Below the pieces are notes generated by a model that had not been told where the DNA came from, did not search any database, and saw nothing but the letters and a program-made list of their open reading frames with translations. A program made the translations under genes and the position numbers. This document shows, piece by piece, positions 9,744 through 18,405 of a stretch of DNA of 64,000 bases; the stretch's first letter is position 1, and the number at the start of each line of letters is the position of its first letter. The DNA comes from Candidatus Aminicenantes bacterium (lineage in GTDB: Bacteria > Acidobacteriota > Aminicenantia > Aminicenantales > Aminicenantaceae), in assembly GCA_011049545.1 (NCBI GenBank), contig DRHQ01000069.1:11180-75179 (forward strand), read 5' to 3'.

Positions 9744-10910
9744 CTATTTACTTTCCAGTTGCCTTTTGGCTGTATCCTGTTTTTGTTTTATCAGTTTTCC
9801 CAGCTCCTGGGCGGCGTTTTGAGGGGCGGTTTTATCCCCAAGAAGTTTTTTTATTCTTCTGAATTGGGTTATCATTCCTGATCTTTGTTCTTCAGAGTCA
9901 AATATCTTCTTTATTTCTTCGAAAATATTCTGAGGAGTAAAGTCTCGCTGTATCAGCTCAGGGATAATCCTCTCTCCGGCAAGGATGTTGACTATGCTGA
10001 AATTTTTTATAGTGGCCAACCTGTGTCCAAAAAAATAGGTGAGGGGCGAGATGCGATAAAATGAAACGAGCGGAGTCTCAAGGAGTGCAGCTTCTAAATT
10101 GGCTGTTCCACAGGCAGAGAGAACGAGATCGCTTGAGGCTATCGCTTCATAATGATCTTCACTTAGAATTTTTAGGCCCTTAAGCCAGGGAGGAATAAGG
10201 CTTAAGAGAAAATTCTTCTCAAAACTTTCAGCTAGAAGAAGAACAAATTGCGTGTCCCATTCATTTTTTATTCTCTCCAGAGCCTCGGCGAGGACCGGTA
10301 GGTGATATTTTAATTCGCTTCGCCTGCTTCCGGGGAGGAGAGAAATAAGCTTTTTTTGAGCACTCAACCCGTGCTTCTCCAAGAATTCATTTTTGGTGAG
10401 AGAGGTTTTTACTCTTTCTTTAAGGGGATGTCCTACATAGACAGCCGGAATCCCGTAATCTTCGTAGATCTTCTCTTCGAAAGGGAAGATCAGCATCATT
10501 TTATCTACTGTTTTTTTTATGGTTTTCAGCCTCCCTTTTCTCCAAGCCCATACCGTAGGGCTTATGTAGTAGAGGACGGGAATTGATAGTTTTTTGAGTT
10601 TCTTGGCTAGACGAAGGTTGAAATCTGGAGAATCGATGAGAACTGCTGCTGAAGGCTTTTGGCGTTTTATTTCTCTTTTGATTTTGTTGAAGATCTTTTT
10701 TATACGGGGAAGATGAGAGATGATTTCGAATACCCCAACAACAGCCAGCTCTTCTACCGGGAAAAGAAGATTAACTCCCTCTCTCTCCATGTGCTTTCCA
10801 CCGATACCAAAAAAGGAGAGAGAAGGATGGAGTTTTTTAAACTGATGGACGAGGTCAGCGCCGTATTTTTCTCCAGAATTTTCTCCAGCTATGATGAGGA
10901 TGGAATCCAT
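9744..10910 (-). CDS. lpxB: Lipid-A-disaccharide synthase
   Basis: IAGENSGEKYG, IDSPDFNLRLA, YYISPTVWAWR, YVGHPL, LLPGSRRSE, GTANLE motifs. Confidence 0.97.
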   Translation of the reverse strand: MDSILIIAGENSGEKYGADLVHQFKKLHPSLSFFGIGGKHMEREGVNLLFPVEELAVVGVFEIISHLPRIKKIFNKIKREIKRQKPSAAVLIDSPDFNLRLAKKLKKLSIPVLYYISPTVWAWRKGRLKTIKKTVDKMMLIFPFEEKIYEDYGIPAVYVGHPLKERVKTSLTKNEFLEKHGLSAQKKLISLLPGSRRSELKYHLPVLAEALERIKNEWDTQFVLLLAESFEKNFLLSLIPPWLKGLKILSEDHYEAIASSDLVLSACGTANLEAALLETPLVSFYRISPLTYFFGHRLATIKNFSIVNILAGERIIPELIQRDFTPQNIFEEIKKIFDSEEQRSGMITQFRRIKKLLGDKTAPQNAAQELGKLIKQKQDTAKRQLESK

Positions 10911-11434
10911 CAGCGCTTTTCTGTTTCCCCATAATAGACAATCTCCGGCATTTTTTCAGGGTCGAAGCCGTAGTAGAATAGCCATTTATCGTAGGTTTCT
11001 TGGTCAAAGTAGATCTTTATAGATTTATCTGGGGATGAGCTAACAACTCCGATAATCCTTGGATTGTCGACCGAAGAGAGAGCACTCTGAGGCACCACCA
11101 GAATTTTTTGAGTAGCTCCTTCTCGTCGTCCTGAGGCTCCTCCATAAGGAACGATAACATCCCATTCCCCGTGTTCGGTCATAGGATCCTTAAACATTTT
11201 GCGGAGGCATCTCTCTTCCACTAATTCTTCGAAGGATTTGGGAAAACTGCCCGGGTATTTTATCTGGAATAGTCGAACTGCTTCTACATACTGCTTTCCC
11301 CTGAAAATCAACTCTTCCTCTTTTTCGCGCTGAATCTGTGTCTTCCAGATCGGCGTGGCAATAAGAAATCCAATCGCCATAATAAAGACAGCTACCATGA
11401 GGATAATTAGTATGTAGCCTTCTTTTCTATTCAT
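10910..11434 (-). CDS. Type II secretion/type IV pilus minor pseudopilin-like protein
   Basis: MNRKEG|YILII class III signal lacking Glu+5; REKEEELIFRG and LRKMFKDPMT segments shared with the neighbouring pseudopilins. Confidence 0.75.
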   Translation of the reverse strand: MNRKEGYILIILMVAVFIMAIGFLIATPIWKTQIQREKEEELIFRGKQYVEAVRLFQIKYPGSFPKSFEELVEERCLRKMFKDPMTEHGEWDVIVPYGGASGRREGATQKILVVPQSALSSVDNPRIIGVVSSSPDKSIKIYFDQETYDKWLFYYGFDPEKMPEIVYYGETEKR

Positions 11435-11468
11435 GAGTCATAAAAAGAAAGGTTAGGGTAACGAGAAA

Positions 11469-11888
11469 TCACCACGTGCTGTAGAGTGTTCCGTCCAAAG
11501 ATTTCATTTCTGATCCGGATAAAACGTCTGATATTCCAGGCTCCACGGCTAATATCAGATCTTCCTCAGATTGTATTTCTGGCATTTCTATCCAGGTTTC
11601 TGAAGCGCGGGTTATAGGGTCTATGGGTATTGCTCTTAAATACTTTTCATCTACAAGAGCCTGGAGAGAGTAGGGGTATTTACCCTTATCTGCGTAATAC
11701 TGGTCTATCAATGTTCTCATCTGGAAGAGATTTTCCTTTAAAACAGATTCTCTCGCTCGTTTGGTGGCATATTTATACTGAGGAAGTCCCATACCAACTA
11801 GAATTCCAATAAGAGCAAAGACAATTAGCATTTCGATGAGAGTAAAGCCACTATTCCTATTCTTATGGGTCAAAAGCTTTCTTGTCAT
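11469..11888 (-). CDS. GspG-like pseudopilin (start moved from 11993 to 11888)
   Basis: NSG|FTLIEML prepilin motif, ARESVLKENL, YLRAIPIDPIT. ATG at 11888 lies 4 nt after the upstream stop. Confidence 0.85.
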   Translation of the reverse strand: MTRKLLTHKNRNSGFTLIEMLIVFALIGILVGMGLPQYKYATKRARESVLKENLFQMRTLIDQYYADKGKYPYSLQALVDEKYLRAIPIDPITRASETWIEMPEIQSEEDLILAVEPGISDVLSGSEMKSLDGTLYSTW

Positions 11889-11892
11889 ATCT

Positions 11893-12381
11893 CTACCATT
11901 CTCTGTATTTAGTTCCATCCAGAGCAGTGCCCGGGTTTCTCGTATAAATATCATAGATATTTTCTCCTCCCCAGACATCTGAATCAGGCTCATCCTGGTA
12001 AGATCTTAATCCCCATTCATGAGATTTTATCATCGGGTCTATGGGAATTCTTCTCAGAAACTTCATGATCTTTGTATCTGAGTCTTCTTCTCCCTCTTCT
12101 TCAATTTTTAATTCAACTCCTTCAACTAAGGTTTCTAAATCTGGAGGGTAGCCTTCAGTGTCTTCTTCAACATCTATCTTTTTTTCATCAGCAAGCTTTT
12201 TGTAGGCATCTATAGCTTCTCTTATTATTCTTAAGTTCCGTTTTAGCTCAATCTCTCTTTCTCTTCTTATGGCAGTTTTGGCCAGAGGCATGACTGCTGC
12301 TGCTAGAATTGCCAGAATAGTAAGGGTGACCAGCATTTCGGTTAGGGTAAATCCTTTCGCTCGAGGGAATAATTTGCTCAT
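11893..12381 (-). CDS. GspG-like pseudopilin
   Basis: AKG|FTLTEML prepilin motif, REIELKRNL, FLRRIPIDPM. Confidence 0.85.
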   Translation of the reverse strand: MSKLFPRAKGFTLTEMLVTLTILAILAAAVMPLAKTAIRREREIELKRNLRIIREAIDAYKKLADEKKIDVEEDTEGYPPDLETLVEGVELKIEEEGEEDSDTKIMKFLRRIPIDPMIKSHEWGLRSYQDEPDSDVWGGENIYDIYTRNPGTALDGTKYREW

Positions 12382-12406
12382 GCTCGCTGATTCCCTTTTA
12401 AATGAA

Positions 12407-14569
12407 TTAAGATTTATCTTTATGATCCCGGTTTTGATAAAAATCAGAATTTTTTGGCTTAGGTGCGAGAGGATCAGATCGATGATAGGAATTGGATTCC
12501 AAGGCCTTCTTGCTCAATTTGAGCTTGTTACCTTCGTCAATAGCCATAACTTTAACACGGACTGTTTGTCCCATTTTGAAAACATCCCTGATATTCCTGG
12601 TTCGCTGATGAGCGATTTCAGAGATATGAAGGAGACCAACCAAGTTGGGGAGGATTTCAATGAACGCTCCATACTCCTCAAGACGAACGATTTTCCCTGT
12701 ATAGATTTGGCCAACCTCTGCTTCCTGGGTTAGTTCCTTTATCATTTCTATCGCTTTTTCTACTGACTCAGGATTAGAGGAGGCAATAGTGATCTTCCCG
12801 CTGTCTTCGATATCAATTTTAGCGTTTGTTTGGGCAATGATTTTTTTGATGATCTTTCCGGCTGGTCCGATAACATCTCCTAATTTCTCTGGGTTGATCA
12901 TTATGTTTATGATTCGGGGAGCATAAGGAGAAATATCCGGTCGAGGTTGCGCAATTGCCTCTTTCATCTTGGAAAGAACCTTTAAGCGAGCGTCTTTGGC
13001 TCTTAAAAGTCCTTCCTTTAAAATCTCGACAGGAATCGAAGGGGCTTTTAAATCCATTTGAATCGCTGTGATTCCTTTTTCTGTCCCAGCAACTTTGAGG
13101 TCCATATCTCCGAAATGGTCTTCAAGGCCTTCAATATCAGTTAGCAAAGCATGGCGGTTATCTTCTTTAACCAGCCCAATGGAGATTCCTGCGATAATCG
13201 TAGAGAGAGGGACTCCTGCATCCATCAGGGCGAGGACGCCCCCGCAAACAGTAGCCATCGAGGAAGAACCATTCGATTCTAAGATGTCGGAGACAATACG
13301 GATAGTATAGGGAAAATCTTCCTCACCAGGAATAGAGGGGAGGATAGACTTTTCGGCAAGAGCACCGTGGCCGATTTCGCGTCTTCCTGCACCTCTTAGG
13401 AAAGCAACTTCCCCCACACTAAAAGGAGGGAAGTTGTAGTGAAGCATGAACCTTTTTTCAGCCTTTTCTCCAAGTCCATCCAATCTCTGGACGTCTTCAA
13501 ATGTGCCTAGGGTTACGGTGGCAAGACATTGAGTCTCTCCTCGTGTAAAAAGTGCTGAGCCATGCGTACGAGGCAGAATCCCGACCTCAATAGACAACGG
13601 TCTTATTTCGTTGAAATCTCTTCCGTCAGATCTTTTATTCTCATTTAAAATCAAATCTCTGGTTAATTTTTTATGGATAGAATGGAATATGTCTTTAGCT
13701 TCGTTGATTTCGTCTTCGTTTTCCTCGGGAATGGTTTCTAGCAGGTCATTCAGGATTTTTTTTGTTGCTTCTTCTCTTTCTTTTTTATTTTTGGCCAGGA
13801 TAGCGTTGCGCAGAGAAGAAGAAATATTATTTTCGATCTTTTCCAGCTTCGATTGATCAATTTCTTTAACACTGAATTCTCTTTTTTGTATGTTTAATTT
13901 ACCGTAGAGATCTTTCTGCATTTTGATAATTTCATCTATAGTCTTTTGAGCTAAGATAATACCTTCTACGATCTTCTCTTCTTCAACTTCAGTGGCGCCT
14001 GCCTCTATCATAACTATTCCTTCTTCCGTACCCACGACCATCATGTTGAGAGGGCTCTCTTCGAGCTGCTTCGTAGTGGGGTTGATGATAAATTCGTTAT
14101 TGAGGTAGCCGATTTTCACTGCTCCCACAGGAGTCGTGAACGGAATGTCAGAGCAATAGAGGGCGGCCGAGGCTGCGATAACACCGAGAGCGTCAGGTTC
14201 ATTCTCTAGATCAGCAGAGAGAAGAAGGGCAATAATTTGAGTATCATAATGATAGCCTTCTGGAAAAAGAGTTCTTACTGGTCTGTCTATTAGACGGCTG
14301 ACAAGAATTTCCCTTTCTGAAGGTCTCCCCTGTCTTTTAAAGAAGCCGCCGGGTATTTTTCCTGCCGCATATGTATTTTCTCTATAATCAACTATCAAGG
14401 GAAGAAAAGGCTTCACCTCTTTCATTTCTTTCTTGGAGGTTGCGGTGGCAAACATGATTGTATCTCCGTAGCGGAGAAAAGCTGAACCATCAGCCTGTTT
14501 GCCTATTTTATCTATTTCTAAAGATAGAGTGCGGTTATTTATTTCTATGCTGGTTTTATTGTCAGGCAT
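12407..14569 (-). CDS. pnp: Polyribonucleotide nucleotidyltransferase (PNPase)
   Basis: Two RNase PH domains (GKIPGGFFKR, RTHGSALFTRGETQ, RREIGHG, ESNGSSSMA, DHFGDMDLKVAG), KH and S1 domains; follows rpsO. Confidence 0.98.
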   Translation of the reverse strand: MPDNKTSIEINNRTLSLEIDKIGKQADGSAFLRYGDTIMFATATSKKEMKEVKPFLPLIVDYRENTYAAGKIPGGFFKRQGRPSEREILVSRLIDRPVRTLFPEGYHYDTQIIALLLSADLENEPDALGVIAASAALYCSDIPFTTPVGAVKIGYLNNEFIINPTTKQLEESPLNMMVVGTEEGIVMIEAGATEVEEEKIVEGIILAQKTIDEIIKMQKDLYGKLNIQKREFSVKEIDQSKLEKIENNISSSLRNAILAKNKKEREEATKKILNDLLETIPEENEDEINEAKDIFHSIHKKLTRDLILNENKRSDGRDFNEIRPLSIEVGILPRTHGSALFTRGETQCLATVTLGTFEDVQRLDGLGEKAEKRFMLHYNFPPFSVGEVAFLRGAGRREIGHGALAEKSILPSIPGEEDFPYTIRIVSDILESNGSSSMATVCGGVLALMDAGVPLSTIIAGISIGLVKEDNRHALLTDIEGLEDHFGDMDLKVAGTEKGITAIQMDLKAPSIPVEILKEGLLRAKDARLKVLSKMKEAIAQPRPDISPYAPRIINIMINPEKLGDVIGPAGKIIKKIIAQTNAKIDIEDSGKITIASSNPESVEKAIEMIKELTQEAEVGQIYTGKIVRLEEYGAFIEILPNLVGLLHISEIAHQRTRNIRDVFKMGQTVRVKVMAIDEGNKLKLSKKALESNSYHRSDPLAPKPKNSDFYQNRDHKDKS

Positions 14570-14589
14570 TTTTACTCCGAGACCTTAGC

Positions 14590-14859
14590 CTATTTTCTGA
14601 GCTTAAGCTTTTTGATCAGATTTTCGTATCGACTGGGGTCTTGCTTTTTTAGGTATTCCAGGAGTCTTTTTCTCCTCCCGACCATTTTTAAAAGGCCCGT
14701 CCGGGAGTGGTGATCTTTTTTATGTGTTGAAAAGTGTTCAGCTAAATAACTTATTCTATTGGTTATAAGAGCTACCTGGACCTCTGGTGAACCTGTGTCA
14801 GAAGGTTTGATTTCGTTTTCTTTGATGATTTTTGTTTTTTCTTCTTTACTCAGTGTCAA
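14590..14859 (-). CDS. rpsO: 30S ribosomal protein S15
   Basis: [38 protein letters not shown]. Confidence 0.99.
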   Translation of the reverse strand: MTLSKEEKTKIIKENEIKPSDTGSPEVQVALITNRISYLAEHFSTHKKDHHSRTGLLKMVGRRKRLLEYLKKQDPSRYENLIKKLKLRK

Positions 14860-15120
14860 AATCAGCTCCTTAGGAATTATTTTGTAATAGTAGCAAAAAA
14901 GCCATGGAATGTAAATTATTATTTATCTATAGCTTTAAAGGCAAAACGGCAAATATGAGAGGTTTTATAAAGCTTTCATTTCCCGCTCTTCAAAGTCTTA
15001 AATATCTATTATCCTGAATAATCCAGGTTAGTCGAGCTAATGGGAAAAAAGCGGTGACCTTATTTGTTTTTTCTTTCTTGAAGATTCCAGTTTTAAACTG
15101 GGGCTAATACTTTGTATGTT

Positions 15121-15975
15121 TTACTTCAAGGAGTTTAGATAATTTTTTCTTAGGATAAGGTGCTGCGCATATTTAGAATCCAAGCCTCCCATTTTAATCT
15201 TGACATCTTCTAATTTTGCTTCGATCTCGGCAAGAGTCATTTTATTAATCTTTTTTTTCTTGGCAGGGGGGGCAGAGGGTGCAGCTTCAGGTTTTTCTGG
15301 TTTTGGAGGTTTTTCTACCGCAGCGGGCTTTTTTGGCACTTCTGGTTCTTCCGCCTCTTCCGGTTTTTCTGTCTCGGGTGGCATTTCTGGTTCAGAAGGA
15401 GCTTCTGCTTCAGGGGGCTTTTCTCCCTCGGCTGGTTCTTTAGGCTCGGGTGGCTTTTCTAGCTCTTCTGCCTCAGGCTTTTTTTCAGGCTCTGATGGCG
15501 CCTCTAACTCAGGAGGTTCTGCAGGCTCAGCTGGTTTTTCAGGTTCTTCCGGTTTTTCTGTCTTGGGTGGCATTTCTGGTTCAGAAGGAGCTTCTGCTTC
15601 AGGGGGCTTTATAGGCTCTGTTGGTTGTTCTGGTTCGGGAGGCGCTTCTTCCTCAGGAGGCTTCTCTCCCTCGGCTGGTTCTTTGAGTTCTGCCGGTTTT
15701 TCTACTTCAGCTGGTTCTTTAGGCTCGGGTGGCTTTTCCGGCTCAGCTGGTTTTTCCATATCAGGCGGGGCCTCAGGTTTGGCTTTTGCTTTTTCCTCTT
15801 TTTCAGGTTTTTCTTTTTTGACTTTCTCTGCGGAGGAGGATTTTGCCTTTTTTAATTTTTTTTCAGCCTTAGCGGAAACTGCGGCTTTTGCTTTCTCTTC
15901 TTTCTTCTTTTCTTTTTCTTTTTTAAGATCTTTTTTGTTTTTGGCTTCAGTTGATTCTTTTTTCTCTTCAGTCAT
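15121..15975 (-). CDS. Low-complexity Lys/Glu- and Pro/Glu-rich repeat protein with a short C-terminal helical domain
   Basis: 284-aa ORF with EKPxEP/PEAEAPSEPEMPP repeats and a non-repetitive tail KKKKINKMTLAEIEAKLEDVKIKMGG. The antisense ORF 15200-16009 is its shadow. Confidence 0.75.
   Translation of the reverse strand: MTEEKKESTEAKNKKDLKKEKEKKKEEKAKAAVSAKAEKKLKKAKSSSAEKVKKEKPEKEEKAKAKPEAPPDMEKPAEPEKPPEPKEPAEVEKPAELKEPAEGEKPPEEEAPPEPEQPTEPIKPPEAEAPSEPEMPPKTEKPEEPEKPAEPAEPPELEAPSEPEKKPEAEELEKPPEPKEPAEGEKPPEAEAPSEPEMPPETEKPEEAEEPEVPKKPAAVEKPPKPEKPEAAPSAPPAKKKKINKMTLAEIEAKLEDVKIKMGGLDSKYAQHLILRKNYLNSLK
15357..15609. repeat. Intragenic ~64-bp direct duplication, 189-bp period
   Basis: CTTCCGGTTTTTCTGTCT(C/T)GGGTGGCATTTCTGGTTCAGAAGGAGCTTCTGCTTCAGGGGGCTT at 15357-15420 and 15546-15609; further shorter copies to ~15740. 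Confidence 0.9.
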
Positions 15976-16105
15976 TTTTTATCCTTTTACAATGAATGCA
16001 TATCATTGAATATAAATATCTCTCTTGTAGACTATCAAAATTTGGGGCAGAAGAGCAATTGTTTTTTTCAGGGACGTCTCTCGGAACGGAACGCCCCCAG
16101 GAATA

Positions 16106-16134
16106 TTGCACAAGAATAAGGAATTTAGTATAGT
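16106..16134 (+). promoter_or_regulatory. Putative sigma70 promoter of waaA
   Basis: TTGCAC-N17-TATAGT; ATG only 8 nt after the -10 box, no Shine-Dalgarno. Confidence 0.55.
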
Positions 16135-16142
16135 CATCGAAC

Positions 16143-17414
16143 ATGTACGTCTTCTATTCATTCCTTCTCTTGATATCTTTTTTGATATATATCCCTGTTA
16201 ATTTTGTGCGAATAAAGCTGCTAAGAAGAGAGAGCTTTTTTTTGAGAGATAGATTAGGGCGAGGGCTTAATGATAACTGTGCCAAGAAACAATCACTTTG
16301 GATTCATGCTGTTTCAGTAGGGGAAGTTATCTCGCTCCAGAATTTAATCAAAAAAATTAAGGAGAAGCACCCTGCTTGGACTATTCATTTTTCTACTCTT
16401 ACAAACACAGGCATGAGAGTAGCCAAGGAGAAATTGACTGATGCGGATAATATATTTTTTGTTCCTTTAGATTTCAAATATGTTGTTCGTAAATATTTTA
16501 ATACACTTAGACCAAGAGTGTTTGTTTTGGCTGAATCGGAATTGTGGCCCAATCTCTTAAGAGAAGCAAAAAGACAGACAAAAGGTGTTCTCCTTATTAA
16601 CGGCAGAATTTCTTCGCGTTCTTTTAAAAGGTATTCCAGGTTTAAGTTTGTAGCGAAAAAAATATTAAAAAACATAGATCTCTTTCTTGTTCAAACAGAA
16701 AAAGATAAGGAAAACTTTGAAAAAATAGGTGTGAATTCAGGTGTGGTTGAAGTGGTCAAAAACTTGAAATCCGAGGTTAATCTGCCCATCTTAACCGAAG
16801 AGGATCTTCTAAAATTAAAAAGTAATTTGAGCATTCCCGCGACAAATAAAGTAATCGTAGCCGGAAGCACCCGGAAGGGAGAAGAGAAGGAACTGATTGA
16901 AGCGTATTCAAGGGCAAAAAGTGTAAAAGAAAACCTCCTGTTGATTTTGGCGCCCCGTCACCCGGAAAGATTTGATGAAGTGGAAAGAATTTGCCAGGAT
17001 TTTCCTTTTAAAGTGATGAGGAGGACACAGGTTTCGCCGAATAAACAATGGGATATATTGATCCTGGATACAATAGGCGAACTGGCTCATTTTTATGCTC
17101 TTTCTGATGTTTCGTTTGTCGGAGGAAGTTTGGTGCCCTGGGGAGGTCAAAATTTACTCGAGCCCGCTTTTTACAAAAAGCCTATCTTTTTTGGGCCTCA
17201 TATGGATAATTTTGCCTTTTTAGCGGAGAAATTTGTCCAGTCCGGAGCAGCTAGAATAATAAATAAAAATAAAGATTTGGATGAGATGTTCCTGATTCGA
17301 GACGAGGAATCCTTGAAAAAAATGGGAAGAAGCGCCAAGGAAACTTTAAATTCATTGCAGGGAGCAACAGAAAAAACAATCAAGGCTATCGAAGCTATGA
17401 TGGCAGATTCTTAA
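16143..17414 (+). CDS. waaA: 3-deoxy-D-manno-octulosonic acid (Kdo) transferase
   Basis: WIHAVSVGE, FVPLD, ESELWPN, NGRISSRS, AGSTR, LAPRHPERF, DTIGEL, GGQNLLEPA. Confidence 0.96.
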   Translation: MYVFYSFLLLISFLIYIPVNFVRIKLLRRESFFLRDRLGRGLNDNCAKKQSLWIHAVSVGEVISLQNLIKKIKEKHPAWTIHFSTLTNTGMRVAKEKLTDADNIFFVPLDFKYVVRKYFNTLRPRVFVLAESELWPNLLREAKRQTKGVLLINGRISSRSFKRYSRFKFVAKKILKNIDLFLVQTEKDKENFEKIGVNSGVVEVVKNLKSEVNLPILTEEDLLKLKSNLSIPATNKVIVAGSTRKGEEKELIEAYSRAKSVKENLLLILAPRHPERFDEVERICQDFPFKVMRRTQVSPNKQWDILILDTIGELAHFYALSDVSFVGGSLVPWGGQNLLEPAFYKKPIFFGPHMDNFAFLAEKFVQSGAARIINKNKDLDEMFLIRDEESLKKMGRSAKETLNSLQGATEKTIKAIEAMMADS

Positions 17415-17426
17415 CGAACACGTCAG

Positions 17427-18263
17427 ATGAATAATCTTCCGAAAAACCTGTGTGTTTTCATCCTCCTTAGTATTTTATTTTTTTCTCCCTCTCAAAGTAT
17501 TCTTTTGGCAGAGACATCTTCTGATGATGAGGACAAACTCAACAAGGAATTTTTATTAAATTTTGGAGATGATTTTGTCGATGTTCTTGCTTCCCCAAAA
17601 AGCTGGAAGGGAGGAGATTTTTTAAGTTTCTCAGCTGTCCTAGGGGCAGGACTCCTTCTTTATTCTGTTGACCAGGATATTCAGCAATGGGCCCGGGATA
17701 ATCGCAGTTCATCATCAGAAGATTATTTTAAAACTATTGGTCATCTTGGCAACGGAATCGTTTTATTAGGTTTGGTGACAGCTTTATATGTTTCCGGTGA
17801 GGTTTCTGATAACAACAGCCTGAGGAAGACAGCTCTGTTGAGCCTGGAAAGCTGTTTGACAACAGGGATAATTGTCAGGGGTTTAAAGTCTGTTGTAGGG
17901 AGAGCTCGGCCCTGGACGGGTGAGTCCAGTCACAGTTTTCATCCATTTTCTACGAGGTCAAGCTTTGCTTCCTTTCCTTCGGGTCATGCCTCTACGGCAT
18001 TTGCAATGGCAACTGTAATAGCCGATCAATCGAAGAAAGCTTATATCGATATTATAGCGTACAGTCTGGCAACCATGGCTGCATTTTCAAGGGTTCATCT
18101 TGACAAACATTGGGCATCCGATATTCTGGTAGGCTCTGCTATTGGCTACTTTGTCGCCAAGAAAATATCAGCCCTAGATAGAAACCGGGATTCAAAGAAA
18201 GTGAAACTCAGCTTCCAATTTTCTCGACAAAGGCAAGCCTTCTCTCTTACTTATTATTTTTAG
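17427..18263 (+). CDS. PAP2-family membrane phosphatase
   Basis: C1 KSVVGRARP, C2 PSGH, C3 SRVHLDKHWASD; 12 nt after waaA. Confidence 0.9.
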   Translation: MNNLPKNLCVFILLSILFFSPSQSILLAETSSDDEDKLNKEFLLNFGDDFVDVLASPKSWKGGDFLSFSAVLGAGLLLYSVDQDIQQWARDNRSSSSEDYFKTIGHLGNGIVLLGLVTALYVSGEVSDNNSLRKTALLSLESCLTTGIIVRGLKSVVGRARPWTGESSHSFHPFSTRSSFASFPSGHASTAFAMATVIADQSKKAYIDIIAYSLATMAAFSRVHLDKHWASDILVGSAIGYFVAKKISALDRNRDSKKVKLSFQFSRQRQAFSLTYYF

Positions 18264-18405
18264 ATTAATTTTTAAGCTAGAGCCAACCTAAACTAAGCCT
18301 AGAAAAAATGCGGAAAAAGTGGGATTAGATCCCGATAATGATCCCGCTGGACATCTTTTTGCTGATTTTATATATTACAGACACTTCTGTTATTAAGGAG
18401 AGGAG

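Noticed and set aside
15340-15760. Repeat array considered as CRISPR
   Set aside because: Repeats are in-frame coding duplications with no unique spacers, and no cas genes are present.
15200-16009. 269-aa Gly/Ser/Phe-rich ORF on the plus strand
   Set aside because: Antisense shadow of the Pro/Glu repeat gene; no RBS or domain, and composition is explained by the opposite strand.
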